Shown here piece after piece: positions 14,004 through 27,079 of a DNA stretch of 64,000 nucleotides (positions are counted from its first letter, which is position 1; each line of letters opens with the position of its first letter). The notes beneath the pieces were generated by a model. That model ran no database searches. It saw nothing but the letters and a program-made list of their open reading frames with translations, and was not told the origin of the DNA. The position numbers and the translations under genes are program-made. The stretch covers positions 41,974,001 to 42,038,000 of the forward strand of contig OZ024743.1 in NCBI GenBank assembly GCA_964016885.1, read 5' to 3'. Source of the stretch: Eledone cirrhosa (Eukaryota).

Positions 14004-15619
14004 CATATGCATACCAACACATCCATTTGTATTTTTGTATCTATGTAAGCTTATAAATATGTATGTGGGTAGGTATTTATGTACGCACGTGTTCATGCAC
14101 ATGTAGGTATATTTGGGTATATCTGGAAACTAAAGGATATTATTATAATTAATTCATAAACTTTCGCCTTCGTATCAAGTTCTGGTGAATATTCGAGTAG
14201 ATCAATATATCTTTGTCGATCCTGTAAATAAAGGATGTACATAGAAATGTAACGCTAATGCAACGACAATATTATTTACTGATTCTATATATTTCAATAT
14301 CTTAGATATCCCTGTAGACGTGAAGCAGCCTCAATAGTTTCAGCTAATTCCAATATTACTCTTTATAATTTTATCACCAATATCAGTATGTATTTGTATA
14401 TTACTTGTATTGCCCATGAATTTTATTTTCCAACTACATCAATTACTAATACCTATTATTACTGTTTATTTTGCCGGCATGCTTTCTGTTTTCCAATTTA
14501 TTTACTGCAACATATACTATATTTGAAACTGATATATAGATATATGTTTGCGAGTGAACTTTGATGAATTATTACGTTGTCGCATTGCTCTAATGGCTAT
14601 CAATGCTACAGGTATAGAGGTCTTTGTTTAAAGAATCATGTTTATGTCGCTATTCTTTTGTTTTATTATTTATCTTGATGTGTAAATGCAGTTTCGCCTA
14701 TAAATGTCTTTCTAGCAGTGAATTCTGCGAGACTAAGCTACGTAGATCTCTGTGGGTAGAACTAATTTCTGACCTTTACCTTCATGGGTTGAAATTGTTT
14801 ACAAACGTGATGAGATCAAGTGCAAAGTGAGTTTTGATTGTGCTTGTATAAACGATGATTTGTTTAAGTTTTGAGTTATGTGGGTGGCAACAAAAATGGC
14901 TCGTTTTAAGGCTGTTGGATGATTTAGTTAATGACAGATTGCTAATGCTTCTAAAAGTCTTCATGATATGAATTACTTTTTGTTGGTTTTACCTGCAACT
15001 AAACGTTCAGCCTGGTCACACAATACTGGGTCACCGTGAAAATTACATTACATATAAACGGGTCTATGAAATACTAAAACAGTTTCAAATAATTAAATTG
15101 TCCTGGTTTCAGTTGATGGAGTGGTTGAATGCCAATAGTTATACGGACGGAAGATCCATCCTCATTCTAGAATAGAGATGATCTAGAAAAGTGTTTCATG
15201 TTCATATATTGTTTCTTTTATGATTTTGTCATCGTCGCATTGTGGAAAAGTATAACGATTTGCTTATCTTTTCCAATATCAGGATTCATACTAATACTAA
15301 ATATATTGCACGAACTCTTTAGTTGCTGTGTATATGATGCATGTGTTGGTAACAATGAGGTGATACAATCTGCATAGGTGAGAACTTAAATATTATGGAG
15401 GAAGAAAATGAAAGAAAAATTAACTTCACGTCCTTCATTCCATTAGATTCTGCAATTAGAACCTACTCATTCATTTCAAGCACGTAGATTTATAAGACTT
15501 AAAGGAATTGTTACATATATATATATATATATATATATATAAACAAACAAACACCCCGAATTACGCTGTACAGTGTTTAGGCAAGCACGTCACCTTTTTG
15601 TTCAACACTGACACAGGAA

Positions 15620-15660
15620 TGATGTACTAGTGTCAAGATTATTAGCTATCGTCAGCATCG
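15620..15660 (-). ncRNA. Family G hammerhead, core mutated (GAAA to GACA)
   Basis: CGAUG-CUGACGA-UAGCUAAUAAUCUU-GACA-CUAG-UA-CAUCA. Confidence 0.65.
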
Positions 15661-15939
15661 TATACCTTCCTGCCAGATGGTTGAACGTCTGAAAGTATAT
15701 ACTTTCCTTATGCATATTAACGACTGAGCAGCCTAATGTGCATATCGAGTGAGTTTAGTCGGCCTGATTCACCGAAAACGATAAATGTAAGTATGTACGT
15801 ATGTATACGTACATACATATATGTATACGTACAGTAGTATGTATATATACACATACATGCACACATATATATATGCACGTTAATATGCGTAAGGAAAGTA
15901 TATACTTTCAGACGTTCAACCATCTGGCAGGAAGGTATA

Positions 15940-15980
15940 CGATGCTGACGATAGCTAATAAGCTTGAAACTAGTACATCG
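15940..15980 (+). ncRNA. Minimal type I hammerhead ribozyme (family G), intact
   Basis: CGAUG-CUGACGA-U-AGCU-AAUA-AGCU-U-GAAA-CUAG-UA^CAUCG; palindromic stem III ACUAGU. Confidence 0.9.
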
Positions 15981-16771
15981 TTCCTGTGTCAGTGTTGAAC
16001 AAAAAGGTGACCTGGTTGCCTAAACACTGTATGACGTAATTCAGGGTGTTTGTTTGTTTACAAACAAACCAAGCATTATAATAAATGTTCGGTAAACCGA
16101 TACGTGCATATATATATATATATGTGTGCATGTATGTATATATATACATACTACTGTACGTCTGTATACATATATGTATGTACGTATACATACATACATA
16201 CTTACATTTAAATAACTGCCGTACTAAGAGTGAGAAATGAAATTTCGTTTCATTCTACTCCATTTATATATATATATATATATAAATGAAATAACAGGAG
16301 GCTGGACTGGTGTAAATCCTTGAAAGGTTTATTATACTATGATCATTTCAATGACCGGGTTCCAACAGACCTACAGATATATATACGAGTGTATAATGGT
16401 AGCTATGGGGCTTCCATAGGCGGTAAGCCAAAATTAGCACTCAATTTTCTTACAGAGCAGAGTTTGAATAGTATAAACAACAAAAATCAGGGATGCATCT
16501 GGACTCAGTATATTGCGTGTTACAATTGTTTCGCCAGCGGGTAGCTCGAGACATGATCACTGTATGGTTCTGGATGATTCTACGGCTGCAGGTTCCTTCG
16601 GAGAGCTGCAATATCTGAATAATAACAGGTAGACATCATAAGAAATTAATTTAATCCGAGTGCTTACAAATATTTCAACAGTAGTTATACAGCCTAGTCA
16701 TGCTATGTGCAAATTGGTAATTATTTGCAGAAACTCAATTTTCAAATGCTGTTTCTACCGTTTCCGCAGAG

Positions 16772-17831
<1,060 letters not shown>

Positions 17832-18202
17832 GGGAGGGGAAGGAAGTCGAAACGGTAGGTAGATCTACCTACCGTTTCGACTTCCTCCCCCTCCCTAGTA
17901 TCTTCTCTGACCTCACGCCCAGCTGTAGCCGGCACTACCAACATATGAATGGGTATACTCCACACCCTCTCCTCCTTTCTCCTACTGGCAGGTTTAGCTA
18001 CCCCTTCCCCCTACTAATTTGCCATCATATAATTATTATGTCTCAACTACTAACTTTGACCAATCCCTGTGACAAACACTTTGACCATATATGGAATTAC
18101 CCGTTGAGAAGCTCGGCTATTCAAATACCAGGATACATTTTCATTTAGTCCAGAATTAGCCGTCGAAACGGCTTGAGCTCAGCCGTCGGGGTCTTACTCG
18201 TT

Positions 18203-18205
<3 letters not shown>
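17832..18205 (+). mobile_element. Family F element starting with a 64-bp palindrome
   Basis: Near-perfect palindrome 17832-17895 centred on AGATCT; family F HHR at the 3' end; (TA)n downstream. Confidence 0.6.
18099..18193 (+). ncRNA. Degenerate hammerhead (family F) with long stem II and full stem III
   Basis: ACCCG-UUGAGAA-..CGGCUA...UAGCCG-UC-GAAA-CGGCU-UGAGCUC-AGCCG-UC^GGGGU. The CUGANGA box carries two substitutions. Confidence 0.5.
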
Positions 18206-18270
<65 letters not shown>

Positions 18271-18362
18271 AATTCCGTCGGAAAAGTCCAGGAAAAAAGA
18301 GTGCTCTATGTAAGCAACAGAGCTTAATTATTATTATGTAATAAACAACATAAGGCAATTAT

Positions 18363-18414
18363 TCCATTTACCAGTGGTTTCTTAAAAGCAGAATTTCTCA
18401 ATCCTCAGAACGAA
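18363..18414 (-). ncRNA. Type I hammerhead ribozyme (arm unit)
   Basis: UUCGUU-CUGAGGA-UUGAGA(AAUUCUGC)UUUUAA-GAAA-CCACUGG-UA^AAUGGA. Confidence 0.7.
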
Positions 18415-18549
18415 ACGATCCTGGTTTGTTTATTGAATTTGGATCTTAAAAACAAAAAAAGCAAGCTATATGAAAGTGAGGCTGGAGAAGGAAGAAGGAA
18501 AGGAAAAAATAAAAACAAAATAAGACTACCCATACAACCACACATACAC

Positions 18550-18610
<61 letters not shown>

Positions 18611-19018
18611 CACGCACACACACACACACACACACACGCATGTGTATGCGCGCACGCACGCACGCCTATACAAATATAAATATATTTCCACCATACACAT
18701 GTGTGTGCGTGCATGCGCGCATACGCGCAGGGTATGTTCTGTTGAAAGTGTCTCGTGAATTTATGGCTACAGTTGTATAGATTACACTTAGAAATTGTCC
18801 ACAGAATTCCCTAAACCTTGGTCAATATACTAGAACCTGTAAGAATCTAGCTTTTAAGGAATCTCCCCTTCCTCCAAATTATCTACCATGACTGACCCCA
18901 TACTGATCTTACAGACACCTGTAAGCTAAAGAGAAAGCCAATGATAAGGATTGGCTCCAATCTGAATACAGAAATCTGTCTGGCTTTGTTCCTCTAAGAA
19001 CAAACATATACAAACATT

Positions 19019-19059
<41 letters not shown>

Positions 19060-19096
19060 GCGCATACATATATATATATATATACATATACACACA

Positions 19097-19138
<42 letters not shown>

Positions 19139-19494
19139 CATATATACACACACACACACAAAATCACATATATATACGCACGAAATAGTCAACGCATTCA
19201 CACACTCTCACACATAAAAAAATTGTTCAAATACAAATACATAACCGCATACATACGCATACATGCATAACCACGCACAAGTGTACAATCTATACACACA
19301 CACATGTGTATACAACTATATGCACACACACACACATATGCATACATAAGCACACATATAATTACATAAATACAAACGTACACACACACATATATATATA
19401 CACACACGTACACATACACACACATATACATACATAGCTAAACAATTATACACATACAAATACGTATATATCATAAACACGCGCAACAGAACAC

Positions 19495-19536
<42 letters not shown>

Positions 19537-19831
19537 CACACACACACACACACACATATATACAATTATCAATATATACACACGCACATATGTACACACA
19601 CACATATATATACACACACACATATATACATACACATATATATATATATATATATACATATACATGCATATACACATATACACACATACACAACCACGCC
19701 CACACACATGCATACGCATACACACACGTATATGCGTGTGTGTATGTAAAGCTCAATCTTAGATAAACCATAAGGACCTTACATAACCGTATATATAGTA
19801 GTAAAGTATTAAAGCAACATAAGGCAATTAT

Positions 19832-19890
19832 TCCATTTACCAAGGGTTTCTTAAAAGCAAAACAAATGTTCCTACAATCTTCAGGATGAG
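19832..19890 (-). ncRNA. Hybrid hammerhead at the junction of PLE-B 3'UTR and arm unit
   Basis: CUCAUC-CUGAAGA-UUGUAGGAACAUUUG joined to UUUUGCUUUUAA-GAAA-CCCUUGG-UA^AAUGGA. Core intact, stems I and II imperfect. Confidence 0.6.
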
Positions 19891-20022
19891 AGAAACCTGG
19901 CTTATCCACACATACACATATATACACACACACACAAATACATACATATATAAATACATACACACAGGCACACACACACATACGTATAAACATATATACA
20001 TACACACATACACACACATATC

Positions 20023-20100
<78 letters not shown>

Positions 20101-20308
20101 TACATACACACAAATATACACACACATACACATAGGTATGTGGAGGGCAAGGCAAAAAGAATATATGTGGGGTCCGCATAGGAGAAGGTAAAATATAAGG
20201 GGAGGTAAGGGAGAACAAAAAATATAATAAATGTAGGTATACAAGAGTACAGAACGTAGAAACAGTAAAATAAAAACCGTAGCAGAAGTAAAGAGCGGGA
20301 GAAGGAGT

Positions 20309-22189
20309 TCAAGGCGGTTGGTTTCTCATAGGAGTGTCAATCCAGTTACAGATCAGGTACGGTCTCAGATGAGGACAGCATCTGAAGATCTCAGTCTTTG
20401 AATTAAGGCAAGCGGAAGTGTCTCTCAAGTTTAGCAAAATCCTATTCTTTTCTGTGGTACACAAAGAACAATTCTTTGTGCCCCTTTGGTACTCCCTCGA
20501 ATGGTCTAATATAGACCAATCAATAGAGTACGGGATGTTACTATCCTTGAGTTCCCACACCTTACTTGCGAGGGCCGTTGATGTTCGTTTATCGGAGTGC
20601 TTAAAAGAAGCGACATGTGAGTAAAATCTGGTTTTAAACCTGTCCTGGATCATACCGACATATCGCTCACTCCTGGCTGGCTGGTTGTTGATTACTGGTG
20701 TTATCGTAGCCTCATAAACGACAGATTTAGTGTTACATCTACCCTGCAATGGGCATTCGTCCGGCTTCCTGCAACTGCATCCTGGATTTATTCTCGTCCG
20801 GTTTGAGCTGGTGATTTTGGACTTCATAGATGGGCAACAAGAGTAGCTGATCTTGACTACGTTCCTATTAAATATCTTATAGTATCTATGATTAGGAGGA
20901 AAATGTTTGTCTAATAGTTCAAGGAATTTCCTTCCTACATTAGTTTTAACAGTTAGAGAGAAGGGGGGTGTGAACCAAATAATCTTCCTTTTCCTGTTAT
21001 TGTGGTTGGTTTTAGGGGGGGGGGGGAGTAGGTAAATAAGAAATGTTTTCTGTAAAACCGCTGTTCTTAAGGGCTTTATTATAATAAGGGGCGGCTTTAT
21101 TAAAAATGTCTATAGACGAAGATAAGGTAGAAATCCTACGGCTAATGTTAGGAATAAGATTATTAAAAACTATAGGAGGATGGCAAGACTCTTTGTGTAT
21201 ATACCTAAGATTTTCGTTAGGTTTATGGTAGTGTTTAAAAGAGGCAGTAAGTAAATCAAGATTAATATCAAGAAAGTTAGCATTAGTAAGATTCGTATCT
21301 ATAGTAATTTTAAGGTTAAGATTAGCAAAAGTATCGATTAAATCTTTACGGAATTTATCAAGGTCATGGCCGTTGGTGGTATGAGAAACTGCTAATCCGT
21401 CATCACGGTATAAACCGATATTATGGGACGGAAATTTCTCTTTGAGGGTGTGGAGAAGGAACAATCCAACTAAGTCACACACATCCGCACTGTCATATGA
21501 ACCCATTGCGACATCAAAAGAGTTTTCAGGGTTTGACTTTTTAACCCAAATATTATCATTAGTAAAAAGTAAAGTGTTTCTAGCATGGAGGATAATGTCT
21601 TCTTCTAATTTAGAAATATTAATGGAGGGTCTTGCAAAATCTAAGGCCTTAGTTAATAAGGAAACAGTAATAGAAGGGTAAAAATCGACAATATCAAACT
21701 GGGTAAATCTACACTTATTTTTACCTTGTATATTATTGAACCAAGAAATAACAGAGGAAGTATTTAGCCACTGTGATAGGTCAGTGTTAGTTCTGATTTG
21801 GAGAATTATTTTTCTTAAGATATTCTTACTTACAAGGCCAACCTCGGATTTAGCCGGGTTAATCAATCTACAACTAGGTCGATTAGTAAAGTCCAATGTA
21901 TGGTCTTTAAGGGTAATATATTCTTTACGCTTAGCTAAGCTTTCAATCCGGTTATCTATTTGTAAAGAACTAGCTAGTTCTTTAGCTTCTTTATTGATAG
22001 TATTGTAGGTATTATTATTAGTTAATTGATATTTATTGGTAATACTATTAGTTAAAAGTTGGTTATACAAAGTACTATTAACTTCAAAGAGGTTTTTAGT
22101 TTTATCAGAAAGAACGAAAGTGTTTGTAGAATTTCTAAAATTAGAAATATCGTTAGAAAGTTTGGTTTGAAAGTTATTATTGTAAATTT
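20309..22189 (-). pseudogene. PLE reverse transcriptase-GIY-YIG ORF, 5'-truncated, one frameshift in a G12 run (21015-21026)
   Basis: RT motifs LKDH...CRLINP, QFDIVDFYPSI, AMGSYDSADVCDLVG, GLYRDDGL, NFLD; linker IIWFTPPFS...CSCRKPDECPLQGRC; EN VVYEA...YVGM...FKTRFYSH. Confidence 0.9.
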
Positions 22190-22389
22190 TTTTGCTTTTA
22201 AGAAACCCTTGGTAAATGGAATAATTGCCTTATGTTGCTTTAATACTTTACTACTATATATACGGTTATGTAAGGTCCTTATGGTTTATCTAAGATTGAG
22301 CTTTACATACACACACGCATATACGTGTGTGTATGCGTATGCATGTGTGTGGGCGTGGTTGTGTATGTGTGTATATGTGTATATGCATG

Positions 22390-22456
<67 letters not shown>

Positions 22457-22531
22457 ATGTATATATGTGTGTGTGTGTATATATGTGTGTGTGTACATAT
22501 GTGCGTGTGTATATATTGATAATTGTATATG

Positions 22532-22564
<33 letters not shown>

Positions 22565-23019
22565 ATGTGTGTGTGTGTGTGTGTGTTTGTGTTCTGTTGT
22601 GCGTGTTTATGATATATACGTATTTGTATGTGTATAATTGTTTAGCTATGTATGTATATGTGTGTGTATGTGTACGTGTGTGTATATATATATGTGTGTG
22701 TGTACGTTTGTATTTATGTAATTATATGTGTGCTTATGTATGCATATATGTGTGTGTGTGCATATAGTTGTATACACATGTGTGTGTGTATAGATTGTAC
22801 ACTTGTGCGTGGTTATGCATGTATGCGTATGTATGCGGTTATGTATTTGTATTTGAACAATTTTTTTATGTGTGAGAGTGTGTGAATGCGTTGACTATTT
22901 CGTGCGTATGTATATGTGCTTTTGTGTGTGTGTATGTGTGAGTATATATGCATGTGTGTGTGTGTATGTGTGTGTGCGTATGTGTGTGTGTATATGTATA
23001 TATATATATATGTATGCGC

Positions 23020-23050
<31 letters not shown>

Positions 23051-23438
23051 TGTATGTATGAATGTTTGTATATGTTTGTTCTTAGAGGAACAAAGCCAGA
23101 CAGATTTCTGTATTCATATTGGAGCCAATCCTTATCATTGGCTTTCTCTTTAGCTTACAGGTGTCTGTAAGATCAGTATGGGGTCAGTCATGGTAGATAG
23201 ATTGGAGGAAGGGGAGATTCCTTAAAAGCTAAATTCTTAAAGGTTCTAGTATATTGACCAAGGTTTAGGGAATTCTGTGGACAATTTCTAAGTGTAATCT
23301 ATACAACTGTAGCCATAAATTCACGAGACACTTTCAACAGAACATACCCTGCGCGTATGCGCGCATGCACGCACACACATGTGTATGGTGGAAATATATT
23401 TATATTTGTATACGCGTGCGTGCGTGCGCGCATACACA

Positions 23439-23528
<90 letters not shown>

Positions 23529-23668
23529 TTTTCGTGTATGTGTGGTTGTATGGGTAGTCTTATTTCGTTTTTATTTTTTCCTTTCCTTCTTCCTTCCCCA
23601 GCCTCACTTTCATATAGCTTGCTTTTTTTGTTTTTAAGATCCAAATTCAATAAACAAACCAGGATTTG

Positions 23669-23726
23669 TTCGTTCTGAGGATTGAAAGCAACACCTTTTG
23701 CTTTTAAGAAACCACTGGTAAATGGA
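23669..23726 (+). ncRNA. Type I hammerhead ribozyme (arm unit), intact
   Basis: UUCGUU-CUGAGGA-UUGAAAGCAA(CACCUU)UUGCUUUUAA-GAAA-CCACUGG-UA^AAUGGA; 10-bp stem II. Confidence 0.8.
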
Positions 23727-23751
23727 ATAATTGCCTTATATTGTTTATTAC

Positions 23752-23833
<82 letters not shown>

Positions 23834-24362
23834 CGTGTGTGTGTGTGTGCGCGTGACTGTTCTCGCGCTCTTATAACTTCCTGGAATAAAACGAGTAACT
23901 ATATATATATATATTTTTTAAGAATGCCTTTATAACAGTCAAGCATTTTATTTAAATAGCGCCTGCGTTCTTTGAAGCAATCATTTATATATTTTATATG
24001 AGAAATTTATTTTTTATACATTTATTTGTTAAAATAATACAGTTCTATCGTGTAATGAGGTTGTCTTGCATAACAGGATAAGAAGATGAAGCTCTTTATA
24101 TAAACCCGAACGTGAAATACTTTGTATCTAAATGAGATTACTTCATATATTGATAGTTACATCGATATTAAATCGCAATACTCGACGTTATCCTGGAAAA
24201 GTATCAATAGCACCACTGCTTTATGATAATCTTTTATATATTTTAAACATATACCTTTGTATGTCAAGGGATAGATTACCATGTTTCTTACTTCGAAAAT
24301 AGTTAACTTAATTATTATTGTATTATTATAATTACATTATATTTATCATTATTATATTTACG

Positions 24363-24985
24363 AATAAAATAAAGTACCAGTAATGTACTGGTGTATTGCT
24401 GGCCTTGTGCCTAAAATAGATTCAATTATTATATTTACGGGCTGAGTTCAAATCCCGCCGATGTTAACTTTGCCTTTCATCCTTACAGAGTCGATAAAAT
24501 ATAGTACCTGTAATACACTGGGATAATTGCTGGCCTTGTGCCAAAAGTAGAAACAATTATTATATTTACCATAGGGCGGTGGATTGACAGTATCGGTAGA
24601 GGGTCGGATGACATGCTTTGCAGCATAAAGTTACGTCCCTTGCTATTATGAGTTCAAATCCCACCGAAGTTGTTTTTGGCTTTCATCCTTACTGGTTCGA
24701 TAAAATAAAGTACCAGTAATGTACTGGATAGTTGCTGACCTTGTGCCAAAAGTTAGAAAGAATTATTATATTTACCATCGGATTGGCAGTATTGGGGTAT
24801 TGGCAGTATGGGTAGAGTGCCTGAGGCCATGCTTTGCAGCAAAGAGTTACCGCCCTTTATTGTCTGAGTTCAAATCCCGCCGAGGTTAACTTTGCCTTTC
24901 ATCCTTACAGGGTCGATAAATAAAGTACCAGTAATACACTGGGATAATTGCTGGCATTTTGCCAAATGTCAAAAGAATTATATTT
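24363..24985 (+). mobile_element. Head-to-tail array of four SINE copies (two partial, two near full length)
   Basis: ATAAA(G/A)GTACCAGTAAT...GGCCTTGTGCC...AATTATT-type tail occurs four times; B-boxes at about 24446, 24652 and 24868. Confidence 0.85.
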
Positions 24986-24999
24986 AGCATCAATTATTC

Positions 25000-25800
25000 T
25001 CTGGAGGATTTCGATCGCCGTCCCAAGTGCTCCAATCTAAATATGTATCTCATTTGCTCTCATATTCCACACTCTCACAATATCTCTTCTCAGGTCTGCC
25101 TACTTTATGAATTTCTCGTTTTCTTTACCATTGACATAATGGTCTCCTTGGCCCTCGGCAAGCTATATCGATCAACAAACCCACTTTGTCAGTATCGTTT
25201 TCGACCAAAGTTATGTCTAACCATGCATTTCCAAGAATTCTATCTGTTTGGATTGTAAAGTCCCAGCAGTGGTTCACAGTCTTTTTTTCAAGGATCTTCT
25301 CTCGTTTGTGCTGGTGTAATTTAACAATGATTTGAAACCCATATTTCTTGCATGAAGAAGCAATGGAGCTGCAAGCAGACTTTATAGTGACGCAACTAAC
25401 CCACAGTGACCCACCACTATGACCTACACTTGTATCATATTGTTAGACATTCATCTTCACTTTCCTTTAGTGCTCGATCTCGGACAGCTATTCATTAACT
25501 TTGTCTATCTCTATCAAGATCATCCTTTATGAAACAATTCCATTAAGAACCTGATTTTACTTCCTCTGTTTCTCTCTCAAATAGTCCGTGTAATTCCACA
25601 CTCTCCCTTGTGTTCAGTCTCTAAGCCTTTCAATAGTTACAATGCATAGGTCTCTGATTTTGGTAAGATATCTTAAACGTTATTTACTACTGGTCAAATA
25701 CGTTTCTTAGAAACTCCACCCGTTAACCCCGCTATACGTCATGTACATAGCCTAATGACTTTTACTTTGGGTTCCATGCACCATTGTCAATATTTGTCAT
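25000..25800 (-). mobile_element. Highly decayed LINE relic(s)
   Basis: Short minus-strand peptides IGALG and VGRP.K.Y resemble LINE C-termini; no continuous frame. Confidence 0.3.
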
Positions 25801-25859
25801 ACTTGAATGAACATTTAAATCGTTTCAACCAAAATACCTTATAAACCTTTTCAGGTTTC

Positions 25860-26225
25860 ACGTGGAAAGGAGGGAAAGTGTGAAGAGAAGCGTGCATCCC
25901 CTCAGTACATTCGCTAAAAGGTGGGTGAATGTGGCGAGAATGGTCCATATGAATGGGTCTAATCTACGCATGCGCCTCTAGGATGGTTTATTTGAGGAGG
26001 TGAGGTGTGCGCTTCCCAGGTGCCCTCGATGCCTTATGTGGTTCAGAATTGGTGGGTTACATGAGTCGCCTGACGCGGTTCTCCCCTACATTAGGGAATT
26101 TATGTTGATAAATGTTATTGTTAATTGTTTTTGTTAATTAGTTTTTAATCGATTTTATTGTAAACCCCCACTGCCCATTTTGTTGTATTGTCCACTATAG
26201 GTTGACTCTAGTGGTCAATAAAAAA
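25860..26225 (+). mobile_element. 3' end of a Tx1/L1-like LINE (ORF end, 3'UTR, A tail)
   Basis: ...ARMVHMNGSNLRMRL* followed by a GT-rich UTR ending GGTCAATAAAAAA. Confidence 0.45.
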
Positions 26226-26264
26226 CTATTATCAGAACTTAAAGGGGTATAACTCTATTTTTCG

Positions 26265-26445
26265 TGGCATAGAGTTACGGTGTTTAACGTTCTGAGTTCA
26301 AATCCCGCCGAGGTTAACTTTGCTTTTCATCCTTTCGCGGTCGATAAAATAAAGTACAAGTAATGCACTGGAATAGATTTAATTGACTTACCCTTCCCCA
26401 AAATATGGCTGGCCTTAATACCTATAGTATAAATCATTATTATTG
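26265..26445 (+). mobile_element. tRNA-derived SINE (same family as 1596)
   Basis: GAGTTCAAATCCCGCCGAGGTTAACTTTGCTTTTCATCCTTTCGCGGTCGATAAAATAAAGTAC. Confidence 0.85.
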
Positions 26446-27079
26446 TTGAAGTCTGAATTAGAAACCACGCTTCACCTCGGCTCCAGAAACTTTTCAATCC
26501 TTTTGTATATTTTACTAAATTCTAAAATGTTGTTCGAGTTTTAAATTTGACAAGTGTTTGAAGGGGCTGAAATGATTGTCACGGATGGGGCTGTCATTTT
26601 GTTATGACAACCCTACTGGGGGTGTAAATAGTTTTAATTTTCAGAAATGTTCTATCAATAAAAAGTATAAAATGGACACCAGTGAGAAAGAACAAGGTAA
26701 AAAGACCTCTCATAGAGAGAAGGAGTTACTGTCAACAGCTGAAGTGGGGATGGTGAAGGAAGACAGAGTCTCGTCAATGAAGACGAAAAGAAAACAACAA
26801 ATGATATAATTTTCAATAATATAGATTTGAATAGAGAAAACGACAATATTGTTAGCAAGAGTAACAAGAATAATAGCAATGACAGCAAAATCAAAAACAA
26901 CAACAACGTCAACAATGACAACAACACAGAAAACAGCGATATTATACAACAGCAGAAAAAACAACAAGAGCAGCTATAAAATCAAAAATGGCGATAACAA
27001 ACACAGCATCTATAACAATGAAAACACGAAGATAACAACAACTTCAATAACACATTTTCTTCCTTTTCCTCGAATAGAC

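Larger units (their letters stand above)
15541..16255. mobile_element. Retrozyme-like family G, divergent inverted pair
   Basis: Minus-strand part 15541-15880 and plus-strand part 15880-16255 are both homologous to the monomers at 34624-36275. (TA)n on both sides. Confidence 0.85.
18332..23757 (-). mobile_element. Composite Penelope-like element (family B) with 1.5-kb inverted arms
   Basis: Arms 18332-19862 and 22190-23757 are reverse complements. They enclose a 5'-truncated RT-GIY-YIG ORF and 3'UTR. HHR motifs lie at the arm ends. Confidence 0.9.

Noticed and set aside
18332-23757. DNA transposon with long TIRs, or DIRS-type element
   Set aside because: The internal ORF is PLE RT plus GIY-YIG, truncated by the right arm; no transposase or tyrosine recombinase.
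24363-24985. CRISPR-like or tRNA-gene array
   Set aside because: Units are SINE copies with homologous bodies, no unique spacers and no cloverleaf; the context is eukaryotic.
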